A stretch of DNA of 55,902 nt from Chitinophagaceae bacterium (GTDB lineage Bacteria; Bacteroidota; Bacteroidia; Chitinophagales; Chitinophagaceae). The notes beneath the pieces are model-generated. The model was not told the DNA's origin, did no database searches, and was given only the letters and a program-made list of their open reading frames with translations. A program made the position numbers and the translations under genes. Of the stretch, positions 19,043 through 35,075 are shown piece after piece. The stretch spans positions 1 to 55,902 of the forward strand of contig JAICHT010000001.1 in assembly GCA_025924755.1 (NCBI GenBank), in the 5' to 3' direction. Within the stretch, counting starts at the first letter, position 1; every line of letters starts with the position of its first letter.

Positions 19043-20805
19043 GAATGTCTCTTTCTTTTACTGTATATTTTCTTTGCTTCTTGTATTAATCCAAGCAATT
19101 CTTTTTGAGAAGCGTTGGTCATATCAACTGATTGCATCGCCAGTTCCAGGGCGGTATTCCAGGAAACCGATTTGGTAAATTCAGAATCACGAAGGAGCGA
19201 TCCAAATAAAATGACAGCACTGGCAAACCGGTACATACTATCGGTACTCTCAAACTTTTGATAACGAATATCAGGTGTTTCTGCAAGACTACATTTCCTT
19301 TTAGTGGCTGTTTCTGTATACGTTAAATTAAAGGTACAAGGCTGCAATGGGCTTTGGCTTTTAACCTTCTCTACATTTTCTACAGCAGGTACAATTTCAA
19401 AAGCTACTAATAAACTATAAGCCGGTCCAATTTCGCCACCCTCTATTACAGCTAAACTGTCTCTTATGGCACCTACTTTATTATCAAACCCTATAATTCT
19501 ATAATCTTTTATCAATGCCGGATTTAAGTGCACGTCTAAGTGTACATCATCGGCAACAGTATACAGGGTTTGCATAAATTCTTTCAGCAGTACTTTTTCA
19601 GCTTCTGCATAACTGTCTATATAAGCAAAGTTTCCATTGCCTTTTTGCGCCAGCACCTGAATTTTAGAATCTTTGTAATTGCCCATCCCCACTCCAAGGC
19701 AGGTTAAGTAAATGCCCGATTCTTTTTGTTTGCTCACCAATTGAGCCAGTTCATCTTCACTTTTGAGGCCTACGTTAAAATCGCCGTCAGTTGCCAGGAT
19801 CACCCGGTTATTACCGCCTTTAATAAAGTGGGCTTTTGCAACACTATATGCCAGCTTTATGCCCGACTCTCCGGGTGTAGAGCCACCGGGCTCCAATGCG
19901 TCTATTACTTTAAAAATCGAATCTTTATTAACCCCGCTTACAGCATTCAAAAGCACACCCACAGTACCACCATATACTACAAGGGAAACAGAATCTTTTG
20001 CCCGCAGGTTATTTACCAAAGCATTGAACCCGGCTTTTAATATAGGCAACCGGTTGGGCATATCCATAGAGCCGGAAACATCTATTAAAAAAACCAGGTG
20101 GGTTGGCGGCAACGTATCCAGGTTTATTTTTTTAGAAGTAATTTTTGCAAACAATAATTGATTCGTACTATTCCACGGGCAGGCGGTAAGCGTAGTTTGT
20201 ATTTCGAATGTCTTGTGATTTTTGGGTTCCGAATATTTAAAATTAAAATAGTTCAGCATCTCCTCTATGCGTACGGCATCGGCCGGCACTTCTGAGTTCA
20301 TATTCAAAAACCGCCGTATATTACTGTACGATGCCCTGTCCACATTTAATTTTAAGCTGGTGACCGGGTAGCTGGCCGCATTAACAAAACGGTTTTCAAT
20401 AGTGCTGGCATACGTTTCATCGCCTACAAACCATTGCTCCTGTACTTCACGTTGCAGGTTTTTTGTAAAAGATGATAAATTATACCCATGAAGAGTTGAC
20501 GAAGCCTTATCGATTTTTAGCTGTACGTTGATAAAGTCGGTTGCATTTACAACCAGTTTTTGTGTGATGTAACCTGAGAAAGAAAAATTAAAAGTGTCTA
20601 TTTTTTTAGTTGTAGTAATGCCGAAAGAACCCGTATTACCACTGTAATATTTATAACCGGTAGAAGATTGCAAAATGGTAACATTCTGCAAAAGATTACC
20701 CTTTTCGTCCTGCACTTTGCCCCGGATGTAGTATGGCTGGGCAAGTACCGCTGAAGGTATTGAAAGTAATATGGCAATATATAGGATATTCTTCAAAGCA
20801 AGCAT
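19039..20805 (-). CDS. vWA-domain protein (YfbK-like) with N-terminal carboxypeptidase-regulatory-like domain
   Basis: [42 protein letters not shown]. Confidence 0.88.
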   Translation of the reverse strand: MLALKNILYIAILLSIPSAVLAQPYYIRGKVQDEKGNLLQNVTILQSSTGYKYYSGNTGSFGITTTKKIDTFNFSFSGYITQKLVVNATDFINVQLKIDKASSTLHGYNLSSFTKNLQREVQEQWFVGDETYASTIENRFVNAASYPVTSLKLNVDRASYSNIRRFLNMNSEVPADAVRIEEMLNYFNFKYSEPKNHKTFEIQTTLTACPWNSTNQLLFAKITSKKINLDTLPPTHLVFLIDVSGSMDMPNRLPILKAGFNALVNNLRAKDSVSLVVYGGTVGVLLNAVSGVNKDSIFKVIDALEPGGSTPGESGIKLAYSVAKAHFIKGGNNRVILATDGDFNVGLKSEDELAQLVSKQKESGIYLTCLGVGMGNYKDSKIQVLAQKGNGNFAYIDSYAEAEKVLLKEFMQTLYTVADDVHLDVHLNPALIKDYRIIGFDNKVGAIRDSLAVIEGGEIGPAYSLLVAFEIVPAVENVEKVKSQSPLQPCTFNLTYTETATKRKCSLAETPDIRYQKFESTDSMYRFASAVILFGSLLRDSEFTKSVSWNTALELAMQSVDMTNASQKELLGLIQEAKKIYSKRKRHS

Positions 20806-20838
20806 CAGGCAACAAAGTACAAAAAAGGGAGCTTCCCA

Positions 20839-21381
20839 TCAACCCGCATCCACCAACTGGTAAATTTCTTTAAGATTTCTACCCAAACCATCATAATCTA
20901 ACCCATACCCTACTACAAATTTATCCGGAATATTGAATCCGATATAATCAATAATAAGCGGATGTTTTAAGGCATCAGGCTTGTGCAGTAACGAAGCAAT
21001 TTTTAAAGAAGCCGGCTGCTGGTGCTGGAGTTTGGGTAAAAAATTATGTAGGGTTTTTCCGGTATCTACAATATCTTCCACAATAATAAGGTCGCGGCCA
21101 ATTAAGTCCATCTCCAAACCAATAGCGGTGATTACCTGTCCCGACGATTTCATGCCTTTGTACGATGCCAGCTTGATAAAACTGATTTCGGCATCAATAG
21201 TAATATGCCTGAACAAATCGGCCGCAAACATGAAAGAGCCATTTAATATGGCAATAAACAATGGTTTTTTATCTTTATAATCTTTATTGATATTGCCGGC
21301 AATTTCCTTTACTTTTTGTTGAATCGCTTCTTCTGCGAGGTAGGTTTCAAACGATTTATCATGCACTTTAATTAGCGGCAT
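20839..21381 (-). CDS. hpt: Hypoxanthine phosphoribosyltransferase
   Basis: ILNGSFMFAADL, SY loop, IVEDIVDTGKT PRPP motif, FVVGYGLDY. Confidence 0.95.
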   Translation of the reverse strand: MPLIKVHDKSFETYLAEEAIQQKVKEIAGNINKDYKDKKPLFIAILNGSFMFAADLFRHITIDAEISFIKLASYKGMKSSGQVITAIGLEMDLIGRDLIIVEDIVDTGKTLHNFLPKLQHQQPASLKIASLLHKPDALKHPLIIDYIGFNIPDKFVVGYGLDYDGLGRNLKEIYQLVDAG

Positions 21382-22621
21382 TGGCAGCAATTTTATTTAT
21401 ACGCAACTCCTGTCCTATTTTTAAACTCAGCGACTGCAAATCATTCCATTTCAAAACATCATTTATACTTACCGCATATTTTTTTGCTATGGAGTACATT
21501 GTTTCTTTGGGCTGCACCTTGTGTATTACAAATGCATCCTGGTTACTTACCGCAGCAGGTGTTTTTACCAATGCCATATCGGTATTGGATGTAGCAGTTG
21601 TATTATTGGTTACTGGTTGTGTAGCCGTTATTAGCTTAGGTATGGCAGGGGCTTTATCGTGTAAATACAGTACTTCGCCAACCTGGGGCTGCATACCTTC
21701 TTTTAAATAATTATACTCCAGCAAGCTTTCCATCCGTATGCCTTCTGACTGTGCCACTTCGTACAAACTTTCACCAGCCACCATTTTGTGAAAGTCGTTA
21801 GCGCCTTTTTTTCTTTTGCGCTGCAAAAAAATAAGTACGTCGGTGGCAGCTAGTTCCTGCGGTTGCATATCATTAAAATCAAAAAGACGTTTAAGCGATA
21901 TTTCATGATCTTGTGCTAAGGCAAGGTAAGAAGTGCCTTTTGGCGCGAATACTACGGCTGTTTCATTTATTTGAAATACACCATCCGGATAGGTTTTTTG
22001 TTTAGCCACCGGGTTTGCTGCAGGACCGCTTACTATCGTTCCTTCGTCGGTAGCATGAGCAGAAGTGGAAGCCATCATTTGATCGCCGGTTAAACTTTTA
22101 CGGCCCAAAGCCACCAGCGTATAGTCTTCTAAATTATAATCTTCAATCAGCTTTATAAGGATTTGTGGATATTTAGGGTTGGTGGCATAGCCTGCTTTTT
22201 TCAAACCCCAGGCCCAGCCTTGATAATCGGTAGGATCGAGTTGAAAAAGGAAAGCATAACGGGCACTGTTTTTTAAAAAGTCAGAATGATCTTTATAAGA
22301 GTCAATAGCCTGGTCATATTTTCGAAAGTGTTCTCCTTTGGCATCATCGTCATGCACGACATATTCGCCTTTCCAGTCGGCTTTACATTTGATACCAAAA
22401 TGGTTGTTGGATGCCAATACCAGATCGCTTTTACCGGCTTCGGTTTCGTGTATGCCTTGTGCCAGCGTGATAGCAGCCGGTACGCCGGTGCGTTTCATTT
22501 CTTCAATAGCAGCGTCGTGGTAGTTGGCAATATATTCTCTTACTGCCGCGGAGGATTGTGCGCCTGCTACTGCAGCCAAAAGCATCAATAATAATACTAA
22601 TGGCAACCTGTGTTGTTTCAT
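21368..22621 (-). CDS. GH73 glucosaminidase with LysM domains
   Basis: ITLAQGIHE, NNHFGIKC, GYATNPKY; C-terminal LysM HKVQPKETMYSIAKKY. Confidence 0.9.
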   Translation of the reverse strand: MKQHRLPLVLLLMLLAAVAGAQSSAAVREYIANYHDAAIEEMKRTGVPAAITLAQGIHETEAGKSDLVLASNNHFGIKCKADWKGEYVVHDDDAKGEHFRKYDQAIDSYKDHSDFLKNSARYAFLFQLDPTDYQGWAWGLKKAGYATNPKYPQILIKLIEDYNLEDYTLVALGRKSLTGDQMMASTSAHATDEGTIVSGPAANPVAKQKTYPDGVFQINETAVVFAPKGTSYLALAQDHEISLKRLFDFNDMQPQELAATDVLIFLQRKRKKGANDFHKMVAGESLYEVAQSEGIRMESLLEYNYLKEGMQPQVGEVLYLHDKAPAIPKLITATQPVTNNTTATSNTDMALVKTPAAVSNQDAFVIHKVQPKETMYSIAKKYAVSINDVLKWNDLQSLSLKIGQELRINKIAANAAN

Positions 22622-22650
22622 TTAAGTTTTTTAGGTGTATCAGAAATTAA

Positions 22651-23292
22651 CTAACGTACTTTCCGAATCAGGTAAATTCCATCCCTTACCGGCAACAACA
22701 CTTTTTCTATATCTGCCCGGCCTGCTATAAAATCGTTAAACGATTGAATTGCTTTAGCGCTTTTGCCTGTAAGTTCTTTTTCTAATACCTGTCCGTGAAA
22801 GAGCACATTATCCGCTAAAATATAACCGTTTTTCCGCACTTTTGGTAAAACCCGGTTAAAATAATTGATATACCCTGTTTTATCGGCATCTATAAATACA
22901 AGATCCCACACTTCCTGCAATGTTTCCATTATGGTTAACGCATCTCCTATATGCAATAGTATCTCACCTTTATAAACAGATCGTTCAAAATAACCTTTAG
23001 CAGTAGCAGCATCTTCCTCTCTTAGCTCAATAGTATGCAATTGCCCGCCTTGCCGCAACCCTTTAGCGAGGCATAAAGCACTGTAACCTGTAAATGTACC
23101 GATCTCTAAAATACGGCGGGGCTGTATCATACAGCTTATCATCTCCAGCAATTTGCCTTGTAAATGGCCACTCAGCATATGCGCATGCGGATGATGCCCA
23201 TAGGTGTAATCAGCAATTTCCTGCAGCAAGCTATCATCAGGCGACGTATATTTTTCGGCATATTGCTGTGCCAGCGGATTTAAAAGGTCCAT
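22651..23292 (-). CDS. SAM-dependent O-methyltransferase (CCoAOMT/Methyltransf_3-like)
   Basis: LEIGTFTGYSAL, DLVFIDADK, ADNVLFHG, RDG. Confidence 0.9.
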   Translation of the reverse strand: MDLLNPLAQQYAEKYTSPDDSLLQEIADYTYGHHPHAHMLSGHLQGKLLEMISCMIQPRRILEIGTFTGYSALCLAKGLRQGGQLHTIELREEDAATAKGYFERSVYKGEILLHIGDALTIMETLQEVWDLVFIDADKTGYINYFNRVLPKVRKNGYILADNVLFHGQVLEKELTGKSAKAIQSFNDFIAGRADIEKVLLPVRDGIYLIRKVR

Positions 23293-24758
23293 TAGTGTAT
23301 AAGATAAGCTCCGTCTGCTTTTCTTTTAGACAATAATAAAAGGCCCAGAAAGGTAAGCAGCCCGTTGATAATTAATAGTTCTAATCCAATTTCAAAATTA
23401 CCAAATAACTGCTTTTGAAATTTATCAATAAAAAAGCAAATAGCCGGGGACGCGACCGCCACTACCGGCACCCATTTATCGTGGACGCTGCGTTTGGTAA
23501 GAATACCGAAAGCAAACAAGCCAAGCAGCGGCCCGTAAGTGTAGGCAGCCACTTTTAATATCACACCAATCATACTGGGGCTGTTTACCCATTTAAAGAT
23601 CATTACAAAAAGCAAAAACAAAAAAGCAAAACTAATATGCACGACCTGCCGCACTCTTTTTCGTTTTTTCTCCGGCCAGTCTTCTCTTCTTTTCAAACCT
23701 AACAGGTCAATACAAAAAGATGAGGTTAATGCGGTAATGGCTCCATCGGCACTCGGAAACAAGGCTGATATTAATGCCACAATAAAAACGATGGAAATCA
23801 CCGGAGGCATATGCTTTAAAGCTACCTCCGGAAACAATTTATCGCCAGCCACACCCACGCCATTGCTGCTGGCAAATAAATACAACAAGCCTCCTAAAAA
23901 AAGAAACAAAAGCACCACCACTGCCTGGATTACAGAAAAGGTGATCATGTTTTTTTGCGAATCTTTCAACGTCCGTACACTGATATTCTTCTGCATCATT
24001 TCCTGGTCGAGGCCGGTCATAGTAATGGTGATAAAGGCTCCGGCAATTAATTGCTTTAGAAAAAACAACTTACTATTCGGGTCAAACACCCACATCCGTG
24101 TAAAACCTCTTGCCTCAATGGCTTTTATTCCGTCAGATATATTTAAGTGAAGCGAACTCAATATATAAAATACACAAATCACCAGTCCAACAAGCATACA
24201 CGTAGTTTGCAACGTATCCGTCCACACAATAGTTTTTACACCACCTTCAAATGTGTAGAGCAATATCATTAATAAAATAATCAGGGTAGTAAGCCAGAAA
24301 GGAATGCCAAAGCCGGAGAGTATGGCCTCCTGCAAAATATTTACTACCAGGTACAGGCGTGCAGTAGCGCCAAGTGACCGCGACAATATAAAAAAAGAAG
24401 CGCCGGTTTTATATGACACTAATCCCAGCCTGGTTTGCAGATAATTATAAATAGAAGTAAGGTTAAGTTTATAGTAAAGCGGCAATAGCACATATGCCAC
24501 TACGAAATATCCAAGCAGGTAACCAATAACAATCTGGAAATAGGTAAACGCATCGATGCCCACAGCGCCGGGCACGCTTACAAAGGTGACACCGCTTAAG
24601 GAAGTGCCGATCATACCAAACGCCACCAGCATCCAATTAGAGTTCCGGTTGCCGATAAAAAAAGATTCGTTATTGGAGTTTCGGGAGGTAAAATAAGCCA
24701 CTACTAACAGCAAAACAAAATAGCCGATTACAAAAGAAAACAGTAAAGCAGGCGACAT
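23292..24758 (-). CDS. Sodium:solute symporter family protein
   Basis: FFIGNR, SLSGVTFVSVPG, GGVKTIVWTD, ~13 hydrophobic segments. Confidence 0.9.
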   Translation of the reverse strand: MSPALLFSFVIGYFVLLLVVAYFTSRNSNNESFFIGNRNSNWMLVAFGMIGTSLSGVTFVSVPGAVGIDAFTYFQIVIGYLLGYFVVAYVLLPLYYKLNLTSIYNYLQTRLGLVSYKTGASFFILSRSLGATARLYLVVNILQEAILSGFGIPFWLTTLIILLMILLYTFEGGVKTIVWTDTLQTTCMLVGLVICVFYILSSLHLNISDGIKAIEARGFTRMWVFDPNSKLFFLKQLIAGAFITITMTGLDQEMMQKNISVRTLKDSQKNMITFSVIQAVVVLLFLFLGGLLYLFASSNGVGVAGDKLFPEVALKHMPPVISIVFIVALISALFPSADGAITALTSSFCIDLLGLKRREDWPEKKRKRVRQVVHISFAFLFLLFVMIFKWVNSPSMIGVILKVAAYTYGPLLGLFAFGILTKRSVHDKWVPVVAVASPAICFFIDKFQKQLFGNFEIGLELLIINGLLTFLGLLLLSKRKADGAYLIH

Positions 24759-24853
24759 AGGTTTTTTTTGAAAAATTCTTGGGCACAATAACAGTAAAGC
24801 TTTGAAGATAAAAAAATTTGTTTTCCTTTTGCTTTTATATTAAACTGCTTATT

Positions 24854-25402
24854 ATGCACATTGGCAAACTGGCTATCTTTTGCGGATCTAAATTTGGAAG
24901 CAATGCGCTTTACGCACAGCATGCAAAAGAACTTGGCAAGCTGCTGGCCGAACATGATATTGAAATGGTATATGGCGGTGGTAAAAACGGGTTGATGGGT
25001 GTAGCAGCTGATAGCATTATACAAAACAACAGCGTGATACGGGGCGTGATACCGGAGTTATTACTACAATGGGAAAGCCATCATCAAAATATTTCGGAAC
25101 TGCTGATAGTGGAAGATATGCACCAGCGCAAACGGAAGATTTACGAAATGTGCGATGCAGCTATCGTATTGCCCGGCGGCTTCGGCACCTTGGATGAATT
25201 GTTTGAAATATTGACATGGAACCAGCTTTCCATACACGATAAGGAAATATTTATTTTAAATTCCGGCGGGTTTTATAATCACCTTATAAAGCATATGCAG
25301 CAAATGGCGCATGAAGGTTTTTTATATGGCGATTTAAGCGACCAGTTTATTGTGTTAAACCAACCGAAAGAGTTGCTGAAATTCCTGAAAAAAACAAACT
25401 AG
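24854..25402 (+). CDS. LOG family nucleotide phosphoribohydrolase (TIGR00730)
   Basis: IFCGS, YGGG..GLMG, MHQRK, PGGFGTLDE motif. Confidence 0.9.
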   Translation: MHIGKLAIFCGSKFGSNALYAQHAKELGKLLAEHDIEMVYGGGKNGLMGVAADSIIQNNSVIRGVIPELLLQWESHHQNISELLIVEDMHQRKRKIYEMCDAAIVLPGGFGTLDELFEILTWNQLSIHDKEIFILNSGGFYNHLIKHMQQMAHEGFLYGDLSDQFIVLNQPKELLKFLKKTN

Positions 25403-25440
25403 ATATTGCCCCATACTATTAACCAGCAGGACTTCAAACA

Positions 25441-25815
25441 TTACCAGTCGGGTCTCATTTTCCAAAACACTTTATAAGCGATCAGATTAATGCAAATAAC
25501 CGCCACTACTAAGATATATTGAACATTAACGGAAACATTTTCCTGATAAATTACTGGTATAAGATAACGTGAAACAAAATCTTCCTGATATGTTGATAGT
25601 CCTGCAAGAAAAGCAAAATGATTTTCAAGTTGGGTAAGCGGACATATTACACCCGGTGATACCTCCGCAAATACAGCCCATGCCACGGAGCAAAGATGGA
25701 TGATCGTCAGCCAACGTTTTCTGTTTGCAAAGAAGCCACCTACTACAACAAACAGTATAAATAATAAATGAAATATTATAGTAAGTTCAGTTAGGTTTTG
25801 ATATATAGTTCTCAT
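25441..25815 (-). CDS. DUF2784 family membrane protein
   Basis: HLLFILFVVVGG, IHL...W, ICPLTQLEN, FVSRYLIPVIY. Confidence 0.82.
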   Translation of the reverse strand: MRTIYQNLTELTIIFHLLFILFVVVGGFFANRKRWLTIIHLCSVAWAVFAEVSPGVICPLTQLENHFAFLAGLSTYQEDFVSRYLIPVIYQENVSVNVQYILVVAVICINLIAYKVFWKMRPDW

Positions 25816-26178
25816 TTTCAATTTCAAAAATACTGCACACTTAGCGCATGTTTGAAGTTTGTTGCTACGTAAGCACATAACCAATTACCGGACTGTTTAA
25901 GCCCTTCCGGGTGAGGGTCCTATTTTGCGCATTGGGAAAGTGATCTTTTACCAGACCGTATACTTCTCCGTTACCATAATTTGCCTATGCCAGCAGCCTC
26001 CTGAAGTCTTTACGTTAAGTTAACCACCGGACCTTTTGAATTTTCTCTTTGTATTCTTTAATTCAATTTTTTATTTTTTATATGATCACCGTTCCTACTT
26101 CATTTTTCTAATAATCTTTTATTATAAAACGGCGTTATTTGCTGTATTGTCATACAATCGGGTTAAGCATCAGCCGCA

Positions 26179-28119
<1,941 letters not shown>

Positions 28120-28199
28120 TTAAAATTATTTTTGGCCAATTGTTTGACAAGTTGATATTTGCCGCTTTTTCTATTTAAAAATTTCCAGCAAAGTTGTGT

Positions 28200-28375
28200 C
28201 GAGATAAAGAAGTTCAACGTACCCGGATCATCATATACGCCACCGTCAACATTTCATGGTAATAGTGGAAGCCTTCTTCCACAGGGCAGTTGTGCCCATC
28301 CAAACGTTATCAACAACACTTTGGGCCTGAGGCGATACAATACGGAATCAGTCTGCGAAATGGCCTGTGCTGTAG
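28200..28375 (-). pseudogene. Frameshifted remnant of a CBM48/CE1 esterase
   Basis: Across frames reads FRIVSPQAQSVV-DNVWMGTT / VEEGFHYYH / NVDGGVYDDPGTLNF; matches the adjacent esterase segment [28 protein letters not shown]. Confidence 0.75.
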
Positions 28376-28632
28376 ATTTAAGATTCATTGCTAAGAACTT
28401 TAAATTAAAAATGGATATGATTGATAGTGAAAACTGCCTATCATGGATATTGCATTTAAATAGCTCTCAAGCTGCAACTAAACTCCCCTCATCTGCCTGT
28501 TGGTTTATATACTGATTAACCTACTGAATGGAAATATAGACATAAAGCCTCTTTCCTTACAAGCTGTTATCTCAATTGTTCTAAGGTGTTTATTAGCCAT
28601 ATAACATATCTATTCTTTAAATTGATACCGCC

Positions 28633-31657
<3,025 letters not shown>

Positions 31658-31726
31658 GAAGTGATTTGGTTAAAAGTATTTGATTGTTTTTTTAAGCCCT
31701 GATATGCAGTGTCTTTTTCCCGACTG

Positions 31727-32836
31727 TTATTTTGCCGCCTTAAAATTCACGACATCCCAATATGCTTTTTTGGGTTGACGTTTCGTATCAAACAACAAAG
31801 GATAATTTTTGCGACCCCTGCCATCCAACCAGGAATAGCGGTCGCTGACATTCCAGAAAGTTACGCCGGTTAACTTGTTTTTGTACTGGCGGAAAACATC
31901 AAAAAACATTTTGTACTGGTCTCTTTGCTGTTGCTCCATTTCCGGTGTAAAGTTTGAGGTCGTATCGCTCCGGCCCTGAACAAGTTGACCACCCTGCCGA
32001 CCCGCATACACCGATACATCCAGTTCTGTTACCTGAACCTGCAAGCCTAATGATGAAAATAGTTGGATGGATTTTCTCAGTTCTTCTCCCGAAGGATTGT
32101 TAACTGACCAATGGCCCTGCAAACCCACTCCATGAATGGGAACGCCTGCCTCTTTTAATTTTTTGACCATCTCGTAAATCTTTTCTCTTTTCTTCGGATT
32201 TTCAGTATTGTAGTCATTGTAAAAGAGAACGGCCTTTGGATCGGCAGCGTGAGCATATTCGAATGCCTTGGCAATAAACTCTTCGCCGCAGATTTTATAC
32301 CATGCCGATGGACGATAAAAAATGGAATCCCTGTCGTCAATGGCTTCGTTCACCACATCCCACCCATAAACATAATCTTTGTACCGGTTCACCACTGTTG
32401 TGATATGATCTTTCAATCGTTGCAGCACCACCTCTTTTGTTACGGTATCACCGGTTGCGGTTTGGAACATCCAGGACGGCGCCTGCGCATGCCAGCACAA
32501 GTTATGGCCCCGCAATCGCATTCTGTGCTTTTTTGCAAACGCAGCAATCGAGTCGGCATCTTTCCAGTAGTATTCATTTTCGCGAGGATGAATAGGTCCC
32601 ATCTTCATGGCATTTTCCGCAGTAAGGCTGTTAAATTGATTCACGATCAGTACTGAATCTTCACCATGCAACATCCGGGGAGCAACCGCTACACCAATTG
32701 GGAAAAAGTCTTTGTAATAATCTTTCAACCCTTTAGCTGATATGGGTTTTGCCCCTGTTGTTTTTATACTGCTGGAACAGGACGCAAAAAACAATGACAC
32801 AGCAAGAGCAACCAGTATTCCTTTTCGTATGTTCAT
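31727..32836 (-). CDS. GH10 endo-1,4-beta-xylanase (lipoprotein)
   Basis: ENAMK, RGHNLCWH, WDVVNEA, YNDYN, GLQGHW, VTELDV; lipobox FAS-C. Confidence 0.95.
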   Translation of the reverse strand: MNIRKGILVALAVSLFFASCSSSIKTTGAKPISAKGLKDYYKDFFPIGVAVAPRMLHGEDSVLIVNQFNSLTAENAMKMGPIHPRENEYYWKDADSIAAFAKKHRMRLRGHNLCWHAQAPSWMFQTATGDTVTKEVVLQRLKDHITTVVNRYKDYVYGWDVVNEAIDDRDSIFYRPSAWYKICGEEFIAKAFEYAHAADPKAVLFYNDYNTENPKKREKIYEMVKKLKEAGVPIHGVGLQGHWSVNNPSGEELRKSIQLFSSLGLQVQVTELDVSVYAGRQGGQLVQGRSDTTSNFTPEMEQQQRDQYKMFFDVFRQYKNKLTGVTFWNVSDRYSWLDGRGRKNYPLLFDTKRQPKKAYWDVVNFKAAK

Positions 32837-32939
32837 ATTTGTTAAGAGTGGTTTTATATAACCTGAAATCAATAATACGTTATTCAAGCGCCGTTACCCG
32901 CTAATCGCTTGTCTTCACGGTAAAATCATCCGGCTTCGT

Positions 32940-34523
32940 TTATTTGTTTCTTGTGATTTTATTGTCAATATGGAAATAATCAAAATCTACAAATCCACCG
33001 ACCACTTTGGTTGCGTAATTAAATAAGCCAAAGCGGTAACCCATGAAATGCGCCAGTGTATAAACCATCTGTATTGGCGCACCCACCGGTGTCCATCTTT
33101 TGCCATCCAGGCTGTAGTAGAACGTGCCTTTGTCGGAACGATTTGTAAAATCAGCATCGGCTTTTAAGTACACCTTTTTTTGCGTTAGCGGAATACGCTC
33201 CACTTCAACCGGCGAAGTTTTTTCACCACTCACCATCTCGATATATTTTGCGCCGCCTTCTGCTTTTACACCCACCCAGCCATATTGCTTTGACCAAAGT
33301 GTGAGACCGGCGCAATCGCCGTCCTTCATTCCATCCACATCTATGGCAGTGATGCCGGAACAAACCGGACCAATGGTGCGTTGTGTCAGCATATTGCGGG
33401 CAAAGTAAATGGAGGTGTCCACCCGGCCGGTGGTCAGCCGAAGGTAACCAGGCCGCTTCGTTAATGACCAATACGAGTTATCCGGATTGTGGTTCCATTG
33501 CCAAACCAAGGGCAAGGCAGCGTCACCCTTTTTGCGGGTGAATTCATCGGAGGCCACAATGCCGGGAATCAATCCTTTGCTGGCTGGAAGATTAAGCGTA
33601 TCGGGCACCTTGCCATCTACACCCAACACCGGCCAGCCATCTTCCCATTTTACCGGCACGAGATAAGGAATGCGCCCCACCGCACCAAAATCGCGAAACA
33701 GGTAAGCAAACCACTCTCCTTTCGGTGTGCTGATCAAGCCACCTTGTGCCACGCCTTTGTCCTGCAAGGCAAGGCGTCCTTCGTAAGGGCCGGTGATCTT
33801 ATCGGCACGATGAACAACAACCGTACGCATGCCGCCTCTGGGCCAGGTAATGTTGAACAGGTAATATTTCCCATTGATCTTGAATAGCTGCGAGCCTTCT
33901 GCAGGAAGGCCGATGCTGGATCCTGCCGGGGCACTGGCGTTTTCAATAATCACTTGTTCTGCGGTACCGGGTTTTACACCCGAAGCATCGGCTGTGAGTT
34001 CAATCAATCGCAGTTTGCCTGCGCCGGTGATCATGTACACCCTTCCATCATCGTCAAAAAACAGGGAAAGGTCATGATAAGACGGTGCAAATGGCGATAC
34101 ATGCCAGGGACCTTTCTCAATATTTTTGGTTGAATAAACGTAGGTTTTACCAGTGGTTTGTGCAAAGGTGGAAACGTAATAGGTGCCGTTATGGTAACGA
34201 ATGCTACTGGCCCAGGAACCTTTTCCATAAGCGCTTTTTCCATTTTTAAGATTCAGCGCATCCGCATTGGCCAGCGTATCATAGGCATAGTTCACCAGCG
34301 TCCAATTCACCAGGTCTTTCGACTTCATAATGGGCACACCCGGACTCAGGTGCATAGTAGTGCTGCTCATGTAATACGTATTCCCCACCCGAATCATCGA
34401 CATATCAGGCACATCGGCATAAATGATTGGATTTGTTGCATGTTTTGTTTGAGCTTGTGAAGGCAATATCATGAGCAGCATCAACATCGCAGGTAAACTA
34501 AATTGGCAAAGCAATTTTTTCAT
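32940..34523 (-). CDS. GH43 xylosidase/arabinofuranosidase with C-terminal beta-sandwich (GH43_10-like)
   Basis: NPIIYADVPD, WASS, HDLSLFFDDDG, EGS, AQGG, WQWNHNP, HFMGYRFGLF. Confidence 0.88.
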   Translation of the reverse strand: MKKLLCQFSLPAMLMLLMILPSQAQTKHATNPIIYADVPDMSMIRVGNTYYMSSTTMHLSPGVPIMKSKDLVNWTLVNYAYDTLANADALNLKNGKSAYGKGSWASSIRYHNGTYYVSTFAQTTGKTYVYSTKNIEKGPWHVSPFAPSYHDLSLFFDDDGRVYMITGAGKLRLIELTADASGVKPGTAEQVIIENASAPAGSSIGLPAEGSQLFKINGKYYLFNITWPRGGMRTVVVHRADKITGPYEGRLALQDKGVAQGGLISTPKGEWFAYLFRDFGAVGRIPYLVPVKWEDGWPVLGVDGKVPDTLNLPASKGLIPGIVASDEFTRKKGDAALPLVWQWNHNPDNSYWSLTKRPGYLRLTTGRVDTSIYFARNMLTQRTIGPVCSGITAIDVDGMKDGDCAGLTLWSKQYGWVGVKAEGGAKYIEMVSGEKTSPVEVERIPLTQKKVYLKADADFTNRSDKGTFYYSLDGKRWTPVGAPIQMVYTLAHFMGYRFGLFNYATKVVGGFVDFDYFHIDNKITRNK

Positions 34524-34605
34524 TATAACAGCTTGGTTAGAGGGTAATGAAACTACCATTGCCCTATTTATTGATTTGAGTTTGTGCAATACTGGTAAAA
34601 GTATT

Positions 34606-35075
34606 TTATTTCTGCTTTAGTATAAAGCTAATAGTGTTTATATAAAATGCTTTTTTGCAGCGGGAAACCGTAGGTACTATTATGCTGACCAGAAATACCA
34701 GCAATAGTGGCTGAAAATGTTTTGTAACTTTATACATTTCCTTGTACAGTAATTGAAATCATTACGATACGTTTGCCCACCAATTCTAAATCATCCATCA
34801 ATACCTCCAGCTTTCCTCCCGAAAGTGAAGAAGTCGAAACTTCAAATTTTTTCCATCTTTCCTTGTCTAAATCAATACCTCCTAATATTAACCATCCACC
34901 ATAACCGGAAGTATTCGCTATGACTTTGACTTCAGATGCGTTAAGCGTTTCCACACCAAAATAATTGTTGTAAACGGCTATAGGAAAACATGGAAGATTC
35001 CTCCTTGTATAAGAACAAGTCGAAGTCTGCTCATTGCCTTTTACATACCAGACTATTAAAGTTAGGCCGCGCCTG
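34606..35075 (-). pseudogene. Decayed C-terminus of a glycoside hydrolase with CBM6-like module
   Basis: Across frameshifts and stops: ADFDLFLYK / YNNYFGVE...GGWLILGGIDL...GGKLEVLMDDL...*SYKTFSATIAGISGQHN / YLRFP...INTISF. Confidence 0.72.
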
